This document shows, in pieces, positions 17,277 to 39,014 of a DNA stretch of 64,000 nucleotides. The translations under genes and the position numbers were made by a program. The stretch spans positions 339,609 to 403,608 of the forward strand of contig JAWQFM010000007.1 of NCBI GenBank assembly GCA_033442325.1, given 5' to 3'. The stretch's first letter is position 1, and each line of letters begins with the position of its first letter. This stretch comes from Salpingoeca rosetta. Lineage: Eukaryota > Protista > Choanoflagellata. The notes below the pieces were generated by a model. The model was not told the DNA's origin. It saw only the letters and a list, made by a program, of their open reading frames with translations, and did not search any database.

Positions 17277-20028
17277 TGCTTGCGTGTTTTCTTGGTGTTG
17301 GCTCAAACTATGGCTCACTTTGTGCACACCCAACCTCCATCATCCCTCACGCACACGCATACGCATACAAACGCATTCACACACACATACACGCATACAC
17401 ATACATGCATATACACATACAAACGCATTCACACACACATGCACACATGCACATGTCAGGTGAGTGGAGAAAAGGCGCCCGCCGCGTCGCGTCACGTGCG
17501 GGGCGCAAAGAAATCGTCATCGTCCTCCAACGCTGGTGACGATGATGATGACGATGATAACGATGACGACGATGGTGCTGGTGCTGACGACAACGACAAC
17601 GACGATGCTGGTGCTGAGGAAGACGAGGATGATGAGGATGACGATGCGCAGGAGCCGGATGATGATGTGCTGCCGCGCGAAAAGCTGTCGGACCACGTGC
17701 CCGCTGACGTCATCACGAGCATCGGTGACAAGTCGTGGAAGGTTCGCAACGAAGGTCTACAGCAGTTGGGCGACATTTTGAAACGCCACCAGCGCCTGAC
17801 GCCAGACCTTGGCGACGTGCTGATTGCCCTGAAGGCACGTCTCTCTGACAGCAACAAGAACCTGATTATCATCACGCTGCACCATCTGACTGCGATTGGC
17901 GCAGCCATGGGGGCCAAGGGGTGCCGGCAAAATCTCAACCACATCTTGCCAGAGGTGCTGCAGAACTTGGCCGACAACAAGGACGCAGTCCGCACCGCTG
18001 TCACAGATGTCCTTACCACGTGGCGCAAATACGCAGGCATTGGCCCTTTCTTCGAGGTTCGCGCACGTGTGTTTGCTTGTGTGTGTGTGTATGCGTGTAC
18101 GTGTGTGCGTGTGCGTGTGCGTGTGCGTGTGCGTGTACGTGTGTGCGTGGATGCGCGCGTATGTTGTTGTATTGATGTGACTGTGCAAACATAAGCGTAA
18201 CACTCACGTCAGCGCCTTCCTCTTTTCTTCCTGGGCAACATAGGGCGATGCGGTTGCCAGCTGTCTTGCATCTGGAAAACCAAACGCGCAGGCCGGCATC
18301 CTCACGTGGATGAGCGAGCAGCTCTCAGCCATCAAGAACCCAAAGAAGGTGTGGTGGTGTTGCTGTCTGGCGTGTGCATGTGTGTGTGCCGGCGTGCATG
18401 TGTGTGTGTGTGTGCGCGCGCGCGCGTGTGTGTGTGTGTGGTTTGTGGTTTCGAAGCAGTGATGAGAGTGGGGCAAGCATCTGCTATTGATTTCTACCGT
18501 CGCTGTGTTGTCAACGTCACGTGGTGCACCTCCTCATCTTCCTTCTCCTTGCGCGTGTATGGCTGCAGCTGCCACCCCTCAAGACGATCGTGAAGCCTGT
18601 CATGCAGTGCTTGCAACACCGCAACCCAGCCGTGCGTAAGGCTGCGCAAGGCATTGTCCCGGTACGTCGTGGGTTGCTTTGCAAGCGTTCTGTATGCACG
18701 CGCGTGTGCGCGCGCGCGTGTGTGTGTATGTGTGTGCGCGTGAGAGTGCGAGGATGCTCTGTTTACCATTCACTCTTGTGGAATGAGACTTGGTTCTATC
18801 GCTTGCCATGCCTGGAGCGTATCATGACATGCAAGTATCCAACTCTTTCCTGCTCTTTCCTGCTCTTTCATGGTCTTTCATGATCTTTCATGATCTTCCT
18901 TTGTCTCACCTGTTTGTTGAATCACGCCACACCACCACCAATACCATCACCACCCCCAACTCCTGCTGAAACAACAGGAGGTTGCTCGGTCCATTGGCAT
19001 TGATCGGATGCGTAAGCTTGCAGGCACACTGCCGTCGTCAGCCAAGGACGTTGTTGTTGGCATGCTCGACGCCATGCCTGCAGGCAGCGACAGTACCGCT
19101 GCTGCCGGTGGTAACGGAAAGAAGGCCGGTGGGAAGAAGAGCAAGGCGGCAGCCGCGCCGAAAGCGAAGAAGCAAGCGGGCAGCGATGCTTCAAGTGATG
19201 ATGACTCATCCGCCACAGCAAAGCCCACAAAGGCCAAGCGAGGCGCCTCAAAGGTAATCGTATGTGCATGTGCGTGTGTGCACATGTGCGTGATGGCGTA
19301 TGTGAGCGTGCACATGTGCGTGCTGGCGTATGTGAGCGTGCGTGTACTTGTGCATTTGTGGGCGCAAATGTGTGGTACTTCATGGGTGTAGCTTTGAGAG
19401 CGTGCGCGCATGTGTGTGCGCGCACTTAACGCTTTCATTGTACTCACCGCAGGCCTTCCATTCACCTCGTTGTGTGCACGTATGTGTATATTCAGCCCGA
19501 CGCGTCCAAGGGCAAGAAGACGTCATCGTCATCGGTTGCATCGACCGCCGCTGCTGCCGGCGCCTCCAGCACGCTGCCGCTCGGCGCCGATCCGAAGAAG
19601 CAGCAGCGCATTCGCGACGACAAGGCACACAAGGTGGGCTGGTGGCGGTGGGATGGTGGTGACAGCTCTGAACTGTAATCTGACACATGGTTGCACGTGT
19701 GTGTGCGCGCGCGCGTGTGTGAAGTCTTCTTGTTGGCCAACTCCATGTCTTGTTCTTCTGCTCACATGTCATCACACACTCACACATGCACGCACGCACA
19801 CACACACGCACGTGCACTCCATTTTCCTTGTGCCCATATCTGCGTGTTTGGATGTGCCAGTCTCTCAAGTGGAACTTTACCACTCCGCGTGAGGAGTACG
19901 TGCAACAGCTGCAGAACCAGCTCAAGCCCATCGTCTCCAAGGAATTGCTGACTCAGCTCTTTTCAGACGACTTTAAGGACCACTGCAAAGCCATCGACGT
20001 CCTCCACAAGGTGTGCATGCGTGTGCAC

Positions 20029-20078
<50 letters not shown>

Positions 20079-20461
20079 ACTTGTGTGTGTGTGCACTTAT
20101 GTGTGTGTGTGTGTGTGTGTGTGCGTGCAGTTGTGCAGTGTGTGGTTACCTGTGTGTGCTCTTCCTCATGTCCTCAAGTACCCAAACGCTCATTTTGCCC
20201 CCGCCTCCTTCAAACATCCACGTGTGCACAGGCTGTGTCGAAGCGTGGGAGCACGCCTGCACCACAGGCGGAGGAGGCCGTGGCCTCGCTGGATCTGCTG
20301 CTGATGTGGGTCACACTTCGTTTCTTCGAGACAAACCCGCGCACCCAGCTCAAGGCCATGACCTTCCTCAAGGTCTGTGAGTGTGTGCCTGTGTGGGTGT
20401 ATTTGCGTGATAGTGTGTGTGTCTGTGTGTGTATTTGCGTGCTGGTGTGTGTGTGTGTGTG

Positions 20462-20494
<33 letters not shown>

Positions 20495-20956
20495 ACGACG
20501 TGTTTCCCAAGTGTACGATGGTTGGTGTCGCAGTAGCGTATTGGTCTGCCTGATTGTTTCGTTCATAATCGCCAACCTTACGAGAATTGTCTGCTGCTGC
20601 TTGCCTGCAGAATCTGTTTGAGACGGTTGTGGATCAGGGATACAGCATGTCGGACTATGAGGCCGCGTCGTTTGTTCCATATCTCATCCAGAAGGTGAAT
20701 TGCACCAGCACCATGTCTGCAGATGGGATGATCATGGGTTGTTCTTGAAGAGGGCGAGGGCCGTGTTGGTGTTGTTGCGTGTGGACGGAGTTGCCCATGA
20801 GCCTTTGCGTGCAGAATGGTGGCTGTTGCTTTTATTGTTGTGCCGCGCTCGTGCACGTGCTCGTTGACTCCTCGTCATTAATGCTCTGTCTCTCGCGTCA
20901 CCCACACGCCCCTGCATAACACTCACACATGCAAACGTTTTTGTTTGTTCACACAC

Positions 20957-20998
<42 letters not shown>

Positions 20999-21746
20999 TT
21001 GCCAACGTGCACCGTTTTAGCTTGGTGATAAGATGGAGAACATCCGTGAAGATACGCATGCGGTGCTGCGTACATTGCCACAGGTCTACACGGGCAACCG
21101 CCTCTTCTCCTACCTCCTCGACGTACGTGGAACCCATGTGTGCATGTGTGCATGTGTGTTGCGCGCGTGTGTGTGTGCGTGTGTGCGTGTGTTTGCACAC
21201 GCGTGATTGATTTTTTTTTGGTTGTCTCAAGTGATCAACAAAGCCGTAGCATGTAACCTTCCAGTTTACACTGACCCAAGAGTCACATTGCCACTTTAAT
21301 GCCCTGTCGGTGCGCCGTTCAGGGTTTGAAGAGCAAGAACGCCCGCCAGCGGACGGGCTGTCTCGTGGCCATGAACCACATGCTCAGCAAGAGCGGCATG
21401 ACTGTACTCGAGGTGCGTCGTGCTGTGTTTGGGATCGAGGATGAGAAGTCGGGAAGTGGTGACGGGAGACTGAGGCGTTGGGTGAGAAGTAGGATGTGGG
21501 ATGTGGAGTAAGAGTTTAGGCCTTTGTGCTACTTTGTGCCGACGTTGCCATCGCTCTGCTGTGTCGCTTCCCACTCCCTTGTCACCTACTGTCTATGTTG
21601 TGCTTATTGCTCTTTTCGCTTTTGGTGTGATTCCCCATGTGAGCAGCAAATCGGTGCGCCCAAAGCGCTCAAGACGGTCACAAAGCAAGTTGCCGACCGC
21701 GACCACTCTGTCCGCTCTGCAGGTTCGTGTACTGTCATTGTGGCTG

Positions 21747-21787
<41 letters not shown>

Positions 21788-23260
21788 CTGGTGGTGGTGG
21801 CGGTGGTGATGGTGATGGGTGCATTTGATTTCTCGCGTTTGGTCTTCGTGCTGTGAGTGTGCCAACTGTGTCGTGAGTTGTGTACAATTGTGCGTTCAGC
21901 GTGGTCTGAAGTTGGCTGCGTGTGGTTCTGTCAACTGTTCATCGCATCACACTCTCCCTTGCCGTTCTCACCACTGGTTCCACCCTCTTCCCCATTCTCG
22001 ACCCCCGTTGTTCTCTATTTCCTCCCCTGCACCCTCCCACACCCCCGTTCCATCCACAGCACTCGACTTTCTGGTGACAGCGCACAACATTCAGGGCGAC
22101 GGCATCTACAAGCTCATGGGCAGCGTTCCCGACAAGAGCATGAGGTACGCGTTGTTGTGTGCGCGTGTACATGTATGTGTGCGTTGTTGTGTGCGTGTGT
22201 ATATACATGTGTGCGTTGTTGTGTGCGTGTGTGAATGTGTGAGTTGTGTGTGTGTGTGTGTGTGCTACAGAGAATCGTTTTGCTCACAGCCATTGCTTGT
22301 CTTTGCTTTCCTGCTGCGTGCATACACACACGTGTGTGTTCAGTCTGATTACGGAGCGCGTGAAGCGGATGGCAAAGAGCCGCGGCGGCAGCTCGGCTTC
22401 CGTCACCGCAAACGCAAAGGTCTGTGTGAAGCCGTGTTATGTTCTGTTGCCTGCAAGCAACCAAGCACCACGAAGCGCTCGCACATCTGCGTGTATCATA
22501 TCTGTTACCCGTGTGGGCCATTGCTGTCTGGTATGTGAATACTGTGTCGTGCAATGACACCACCCTAACTTTGCGTTCCTTTGCCACGCGTTCAGGGTGT
22601 GGACGCTGGTTCCGGACGTCCGAAATCGAGCAAATCTTCCGTGGCGGCAGCGTCGTCGTCAAATGACACCACGCGGTCTGCATCAGCTGCGTCGCTCAAG
22701 CCCAGCGTCGCACAGGAGTTTAGCCTGGATCTCGACTCACTCAACCTCCCTGCCGCAACGGAAATGGTGCACATGTGGCTGTGTTTTGTGCTTGCATGTA
22801 TGCGTGCGTGTGTGTATGTATGTGTGTGTGCGTGTATGCTCCGAGTGCGTGTGTCGATTGGCCGTATGTGGGTACATGTGCGTATTTACATCTGTATGTG
22901 TACATGTGCACGTGCATCTGTACGTCGTGCACATGTGCCTACGTCGTGCACGTGTGCCTGTGTGCATGTCGCTTGTCCATCCTCTTCCAGTCATCACACC
23001 TAACGCCTCCCCCACTTTGTCCACCCCCCCCCCCCACATTGCCGCCGTCACCAGAAAATGCCTGAGCTGGCGCCAACAGAGATTGACGAGGCAGCGCCAG
23101 CAACGTATCCCCAGCAGCAGCAGCAGCAACCGCAACAACAACCACAGCAGCAGCAACATGCGTCGTCTGCAAACGCCAGTATGGTTGCCATGCACCAGCC
23201 ACCTGCACAGCAGCCAGTCATCACCCCAGCCGCCACACTCCCACAGCAGGTGTGTGTGTG

Positions 23261-23292
<32 letters not shown>

Positions 23293-25674
23293 CGTGTATG
23301 TGTGTGTGTGTGTATGTGTGTGTGTGTGTAGGCGTTTTGGATGCTTTTCCCTTTTTTTTTCCTTTTCTGGTACACTTGAGCGCATACATACTTGCTTGTC
23401 AAGTCACAACTCCTTGAATCATCTCATGCTTGTGATCAACCCATGCCCGTTCACCGCCATGTCCAGCCGACGGTGACGCTTGAGGACATTATCGACCACA
23501 TCAGCAGCACGGACATGCGTCAGGCCGTGCACGCCCTCAAGATGGCTGAGGATCTTGTCAAGGACAAGGACATCAACATGCTGTCCAGTGTTGGCTCCCT
23601 CGTCACCGCATGCACGCTGCAGCTTCGTCTCGTGTTCACCGTGCATGCTGTCCGCGCCCAGGAGGTGTCGAGCCCCGGCAAGCGGCCGGAGGCTGTGCGC
23701 TTGTGCAAGCACGTGCTGTCTTGCATCATGCACGTGTACGAGGGCCGCGCGTTTGCGCGATCGGTGCCGGACCACGTGCAGCAGCAGCTGCTGGTTGAGT
23801 TGGTGTCCCGCCTGCTTGATGAGAAGATTGAGCAGTGGCAGGACGGCGCACACATCTCCCGCGCACTGAACATGATCCTCCTGCGTATTCTGGAGAACAG
23901 CCGGCGTGACGTGACGTTTGCTGTTCTGATCCGCGTGCTCAACGACGCGTGCGCTGAGAAGATGGTCGTGCCGCATCGCTTCACGGAGCTGATTATGAAG
24001 TGCCTGTGGAAGCTCACGAAGACGCTTGCGGAGCACCTGTCCGAGATCAACGTGGCGCAGCTGCTGAGAGAGATTCACGAGTTTCTCGTGGCCCACCCGC
24101 CCGTGGAGTGGAAGAAGCGAAGCAACGACATGCCCCTGCGTACCATGAAGACCATCCTCAACTCGCTGGTCAAGGCACTGGGCTCGTCCGTAATGACGCA
24201 CCTGAGCCTGATTGGGCAGTCCCCACTGGACACGGCTGTCGGGTCGTACGTGCTGCTGATGCTCAAGCGCGACGGGCACACAGACGAGCAGCTCAAGGCG
24301 CTGCTGCCAACGACGTCGGAGATCAGACAGCACCAGCAGCAGCACCAACAGCAACAACAGCAGGACGAGGAGGAAGGAGTGTCGTCGTCATTTGTGGTGT
24401 CGCCATCGGAGCGTGTCAACACGACGGTGGATGCGACTGCCACTGGCGTGTCGCCCAACATCACCGTGGACGCACCCACGTCCGCATCTTCCTCGGGCCT
24501 TCCAAAGCCGTCGTCGTCGTTGCGTGCAAGCACAGGCATTCCAGCAGCAAAGCCGAGTGCGGTGAGCAGCCTGAGTGCACGCCTTGCGCGCGCCAAGAGC
24601 AAGATGGCGTCTCGCGACAGCACAAGCGTTGCCAGCTCGCATGCCGGTGAGGCTGATGATGAGGGCGCGCACGGGCTTGGTAGCCTGCGGTCTGGCTCAC
24701 ATCTTGGTGTTGACCCGCGGCACACGCTGCGGGACCGCTTTGACAGCGTGGCGGAGTTTGTTGCGATGGAGGCGCAGACGCAAGCGCGCCGCACAGACTC
24801 AACAGCGGCGCTGTCACGGCAGCAGACTGCTGCACCCACGATTGCCGATGATGAGGCACGCGAGCGCATTCACGCCATCCTGGCGCGGGTGACGGCGAAG
24901 GACACGACACGGCAGGGCCTGCGGGAGCTGAAGGAGTTTAAGGAGCAGCACCCCGAGGTTGATGTCATGTCGCATTGCCAGCACTTGTCGAGTTACATGC
25001 AGAGTTACATCCAGCGGCGCCTGGATGAGGTGGACGTGACGTCCAGTGTTGTGTCCAGCAGCGTTGGGGCGCCGGCCAGCACGGCTGTCTCGTATTGGGA
25101 GCGGCTGCGCGCACTTCAGAGTCAGGTGTCATCTGGTGGTGACGGCGACACGAGCGCAATGGACGTCTCCACCTCCATCGCCCGCGCTCCCGTCCAGCAA
25201 GAGTTCAACCTGCCCGAGGTGTGTGTGTGTGTGTCTGTGTGTCTTTGTGTGCGAGTGCGTGCGTGCGTGCGTGCGTGTGTCTGTGTGTCTGTGTGTCTGT
25301 GTGTTTGTGTGTGTGTGTGTGTGTCTGTGTGTGTCTGTGTGTTTATGCATGGATCTGTGTGTGTGTGTGTGTGTTTATGCATGGATCTCTGTGTGTGTGT
25401 GTGTGTCTGTGTGTCTGTGTGCGTGTGTCTGTGTATGTTTGCGTGTCTATGTGGGTGTCTGTGTATGCACTCGAGCTTAAACGACGAGTGCACCCGTCCC
25501 AAATTCTCACTTCAGTTACCCCCTTCCCCACCAAACGTTCAGGTTGCTCCTGTGGACACGCGGATGCCGCTTCAGCGCAAAGATAACGAGCAGCAGGATG
25601 GGACGCAGCAGAAGTCGCTTGCATCGCTCAAGGCGCGCTTGGCCAAGCTCAAGCAGGGCCAGGCATCCCACTGA
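11712..25674 (+). CDS. CKAP5: XMAP215/ch-TOG/Msps microtubule polymerase (TOG-domain array), about 31 exons
   Basis: Begins MAAETDFSALSLQDRLTHK|VWKARLSAYEEL (TOG1). Later TOG signatures are ESKWSIRRDAL, SSAWKEKLEG/WKETNFQV, DKSWKVRNEGL and LKWNFTTPREEYVQQL. The C-terminal domain has FTELIMKCLWKLTK and DMPLRTMKTIL, and the tail is LASLKARLAKLK. All exons join in frame at GT..AG. Confidence 0.96.
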
Positions 25675-25942
25675 TAAGGCCGCAACAGTCGGCAGCAGAA
25701 AGCACTGCGCATGCGTGTGTGTGTGTGTGTGTGTGTATGAGGGACAGAAAGCAAAGAGAGAGGAAGGGCGTGGTGGGGGCTGTACTGTTGTTTGTTGTCT
25801 TTGCGTGCACATCATTACTTGTCTTCATTCATTTACAGAGCCCGTTGGTACAGAGAGGTTCATACCAGTAAACATGACACAGTGGACACTGGATCAGGGG
25901 TGTAAGGGGTCCCCATCACACATTACACACACAACACAACAC

Positions 25943-26005
<63 letters not shown>

Positions 26006-26014
26006 CACACTCTC

Positions 26015-26728
26015 TCAATGGAGGAGGGAGACAAAGTCTGCGCCAGCGCAATCAATGGGCTGTGAAGCGCGGTGCCAGATGGTGAGGGAATCCCGCTGAT
26101 ACGGCCAACGCGGTAACTCCACGCGCTGGGAGAGGCGAAAGTGCTGCGTGAGGTGCTGCTGGCAAGCAGCGGAGGTGGACTGGCCCCAAGGGTTTGCAGA
26201 CAGCGTCTCGCCACGCAGCTCGCCAACATGCGCGACGACATTCCCCGAAAACGCGCGCAGGCAATCGAGGCCAAAGGTGCAGGCCTCGCTGTCGTCTGGC
26301 CACGCCAAGAACAGGCCATCACCATCGCACGCGTGCTCGCTGATGTATTCTGGGCCTGCAGTATCGACATGCACGTGGCGCATTGGCTCGGGATATGCCG
26401 TGTTCTTGTCGAAGCAGCGCACCGTGAGCCCAAAGTCGCGCTGCATGAGCAGCTCCCAGTAGCCCGTGCCGCTTCCACACGAGATCCACTGGCGCACGCT
26501 TGGCTCGCGGGCCAGCGCTTGCAGTGCTCGTGTTGTTGGGATGGAGAAGGCGTACTTGACCTGCAGCGCCATGGGCGAGAGCGGGTCCTCTGCGTTGCGC
26601 ATCCACGCTATGGCCTGCCTTCGCGTCTCTTCGTCCGCCTCCCTCGACGCGAACAGCCACACGCCTTCCGGTGCCGCCCGCATCACCTCCTCATGCAGCC
26701 GCTCATATTCGGAAGGGTTGCTGCTCAT
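26015..26728 (-). CDS. Intronless class I SAM-dependent methyltransferase-like protein (237 aa), substrate unknown
   Basis: Motif-I-like ISCGSGTGYW preceded by YAFSIPT..AL, then VRCFD, LFLAWP, VAHVGE and VELPRWPYQRDSLTIWHR. This matches a widespread uncharacterised methyltransferase-like family. Start taken at MSSNPSEY (26728). Confidence 0.7.
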   Translation of the reverse strand: MSSNPSEYERLHEEVMRAAPEGVWLFASREADEETRRQAIAWMRNAEDPLSPMALQVKYAFSIPTTRALQALAREPSVRQWISCGSGTGYWELLMQRDFGLTVRCFDKNTAYPEPMRHVHVDTAGPEYISEHACDGDGLFLAWPDDSEACTFGLDCLRAFSGNVVAHVGELRGETLSANPWGQSTSAACQQHLTQHFRLSQRVELPRWPYQRDSLTIWHRASQPIDCAGADFVSLLH

Positions 26729-26874
26729 GCGTCTGTCTTGTGCGTTGTGCAGGTGTTGTGCAGGTGTTGTGCAGTTGTGACATGAGGTGTGTGCAGTTGT
26801 GAAGAAGGACCACTCCAATTTTAACAAGCAAGCAAGAAGCAAGAAGCAAGCAACAAGGAAGAAAGGAAGCGAAG
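26729..26874. promoter_or_regulatory. Very short divergent promoter region (146 bp) between the methyltransferase-like and ALDH9 genes
   Basis: Head-to-head ATGs at 26728 and 26875; (CAAG/GAAG)n tract at 26824-26870. Confidence 0.55.
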
Positions 26875-28448
<1,574 letters not shown>

Positions 28449-28595
28449 CCGTGGAGCACAAGCACAATGACCGAGACACACTCTGGCAATGTATGAGCGC
28501 GAATGACACGCTGTTATCCAATGCTGTTAGTAGAATTAAATGACTGAAATCAACGAACACACACACACACACACACACAAGCGTTCACTCGAAGC

Positions 28596-35683
<7,088 letters not shown>

Positions 35684-35850
35684 CGTCAAAGCTGTGCGTG
35701 GGGCGGGCTGTATTGGGTGGTGGTGTGCGCGCAAAAAAAAAACGAAAAGAAGCGTGTTCGAATTCGCCCGCGAATTCTTCTGTCTCATTGCATTTAGGTG
35801 TTTCTGTCTGTCGCATGTCGCCGCAGAGACACGCTTGTGCAAACACCGAC

Positions 35851-36636
35851 ACATCCTCAGCTTCGACAAGTCTGGCGATTACACCGTGTTTGACCTCGTG
35901 TTTGCCGCCCCCGCGGCCAGCTCGTACCAACCACAGGCCGCCAAAGCCAACCTCTACGCGGCGTCGCAGGCGGAACAACGCAAGATCAAGAAGTACCAGG
36001 CCATCCTACGCGACCAGGGCGACTTCAAATTTGTGCCGATTGCGATCGAGGCCGGCTCGGGCGCCTGGGGCTCGAAGTTCCGGAAGTTCTTCAGCAGCGA
36101 CCTTATGTCCACGACGGACCCACAAACACCACCACACGTGCGCACTTTTACCTCCATGCACAGCAGCACGTACTGGCGGCAAGTGTTGTCCATCGCGAGA
36201 TGCAAGGCTGAGTGCTACGCGAACCTCCGGTGCATCGGCCAGATGCCTCACGACAAGCGGGGCAAAAACCAGCCGGGCTCGGTCCGGGCGGGAGACACAC
36301 ACACTCCCCGCCAGAGCACCCAGACGGTACAACGAGCGCGCGCTCAAGCCCAGCGCAACCACCAACAGGGCAAGCGCACCCGCAAGCGCAAGCGTCCGCA
36401 GACCACACCCCCCGGCCACAGCGGCCAGCGCAGCAATGACAGCAACAACGGCACTGCTGCCACCGCCGCTGCCACCGCCACCACCGACAACGATGAGGGA
36501 CAGCCACGCAGCGCCCCAGTGACCTCACGAAGCCCCGGTGGCCCGGCCGCAACAGAGCCCCCTGCAACTGTCTAAGCGACAGTCGCAGCACTACACATGA
36601 GCCTCGCACCGAGGCACTTGGTTTCTATCTATCTAT
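35851..36636 (+). mobile_element. 5'-truncated non-LTR retrotransposon fragment: restriction-like endonuclease (RLE) C-terminus (CRE-like clade) plus 3' UTR
   Basis: The open frame ILSF...TVFDLVFAAPAASSY...AASQAEQRKIKKY...FKFVPIAIEAGSGAWG...YWRQVLSIA matches the RLE pattern (PD)..D..P.A.SY..AA..AE..K..KY..F.P.A.E..G.WG. Stop at 36573-36575, then inverted repeats (36576-36586, 36601-36615) and a (CTAT)3 tail at 36625-36636. No RT domain is present. Confidence 0.78.
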
Positions 36637-36864
36637 TGATTCACTTTTCTTTCTGTCTATGAGGCGCGTGCTCTCACACACATTCACCCATGCGCACCGC
36701 TGCCCTTTGTTTTGCCGCAATTGCCTTCCCCATCTCTGAGCGCTGGGAGCAGTGTAAGATTTCAGCGAGTTTTCCCCAATAAACCCCATGTCAACCAAAC
36801 GGACGGACACGCTTGTGCACAAGACAAAGACTCACCCTCTCACCCTCTCACCAGCCAGCCAGCC

Positions 36865-37636
36865 ATGACGCTGCGTGCGTTAACGGTGAGTGAGTGGGCC
36901 ATCATCGCAGAATACCTGATGCCGGAACTCCACAACCACCAACAGCAGCTGCAGCAGTGGCCACTCGGCGACATGGCAAAGTGCTGCGTTCGCCCCTCCC
37001 AGCGCGACAACTACAGGGCCTTCTTCAACCTCATGCTCACATGCCGCGAGTTGTACCAGGACCTGCCGTGGCGAATGCCAAAGTGGTGTCTGGCTGGAGT
37101 GTTTAACGAGCTTGCCGAGCTCCGCACGCTCAACGACGGTGTCGACGACATGGCCGACGAAGAGGCGGCGCGCGCTGACCCTGTTTACGAAATCGAAGGA
37201 GGCATCTACGATGTTCCACTGCGAGACGCTGGCCCCATCATGATGTGGCTTGATGCATTCCAACAAGAAAAACGTCACCTCCAAAACGAGGACAAAGAAC
37301 ACGAAGGGGATGGCCCTGCATATGACGCCGCCACACACGCCTGGATGGACAACAGGTTCCTCGCATACAGCTGGCTCGGTGTCACATGGAACAGTGGCTG
37401 CGTGTTTCTGCTCTCCAAAGTAGGTTCTTTTTGTACCGCACGTGATTTCTGGCGCGAGTTTGCGCACTGTGGGCGCGTCGCTTTCAACAGCTTGGAGGCG
37501 ATGGAACAATGGGAGATGATGGCAGACTACGCACCGTACATCAACGAAATGGTACTGACACAAGGCTCAGAAGAGCCTTGTCTGGAACTCGACACAACCA
37601 GCGACGAGAACCTCGCATCCCCTGACAAAGCTGTGC

Positions 37637-37703
<67 letters not shown>

Positions 37704-38967
37704 GCAACAACAACAACAACAACAGCAACAACAACAACAACAACAGCAGCAGCAACAAACCCTTCCTTCGCCAGCGTTGTTTTTCTCCACAGCGACATTG
37801 AACACCCAAGCAGAGGCGGACCAGTGGAACCGCCTGCGTACCACCGTGTTGGCACGTGCTCAGGGTGAACTGGTGTGCCTGAATCCAAAACCACCCGTCT
37901 CCTCCCTCACGGCGTCCCGCATCAATCAGCTGCGCATCCAAACCAGGCTGCATGCCCCTGGCATTGGTGAGCTGAACCTGCACAGCGTGGGGCACGCCCG
38001 ATGGGAACTGGTTGTAAATGACAGTGCGCATGTCGACGAGCTGCGCAACAGCGCACGTGCCCTGGCCGCTGTCTCCGACATACGGCTCGTGTCGCGCGTG
38101 CAGCAACCAATTGACATCACGCCACTAGCCGGGGTGAGGTCGCTCAGCCTCGAGGCCGTCCGTGTTGGCAGCGGCCACGACGTGATTGCAGCCGCACAGA
38201 CCCTTCACCTCTCAGATATGACCCTCGATGTCAACACGCTCACCGCCAGCCACGTCCGGCTGACCAACGTGACTGCCGCGCCAGACGTGCTGAACCTGCC
38301 CAACGCCACCCACATTGAGGTGCTCAACTCAAACATCAAGCGAATCGAATGCCCCTCCCGCATCTGCAGGCTGGTCAGCCACTCGGACCACGTGCCACCC
38401 CCGCCCATCCCGATCTTTAACCAGGCTGACATGGTGGACATCCACGCCTGCGCCACCCTCATATGCGAGCGGGCGTGGGACCTTCTCGAGTGCACCGACA
38501 ATGTCGTGTTTCGCGAGTGCGTTGCCGACATTAGTGATCTGCGCGGGACACCCGACCACGTGCGCGTGCGTGCGTGTGGTATATCTGTGCATGAACCCGC
38601 GCCATCCTGCGTCAAGGCGATGGTGGTGCACAAGGATGACGCCTTCCACTGCAGATTCGTGGCGGGCGTGCCCGTGGTGAACATCTTCGGCAGGTTCGAC
38701 TCACCACTGCACGGTCTCCGCCACCTCTCCGGTCGCACGGCGCTGGGCCTGACCAACTGCATGCTTGATGGTGGCGAGATTGCCGACTGCGGGATACTGC
38801 GCTTGCTCCACAGTCATGGGCGGGTTGGTGTGACCAACATCCAGTCGCTCATGATCGATCACACGCGCGTCGTTGCGCCCAAGCCACCAGCACCCGACGA
38901 CGCCAACCATGATGATAACGGTGGTGGTGGTGATGCTGATGATGATGATGATGATGATGATGATGAC

Positions 38968-39014
<47 letters not shown>

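Noticed and set aside
15222-19342. Short tandem duplications in CKAP5 introns (15222-15290, 18843-18895, 19279-19342)
   Set aside because: Ordinary slippage repeats with no terminal repeats or coding signal.
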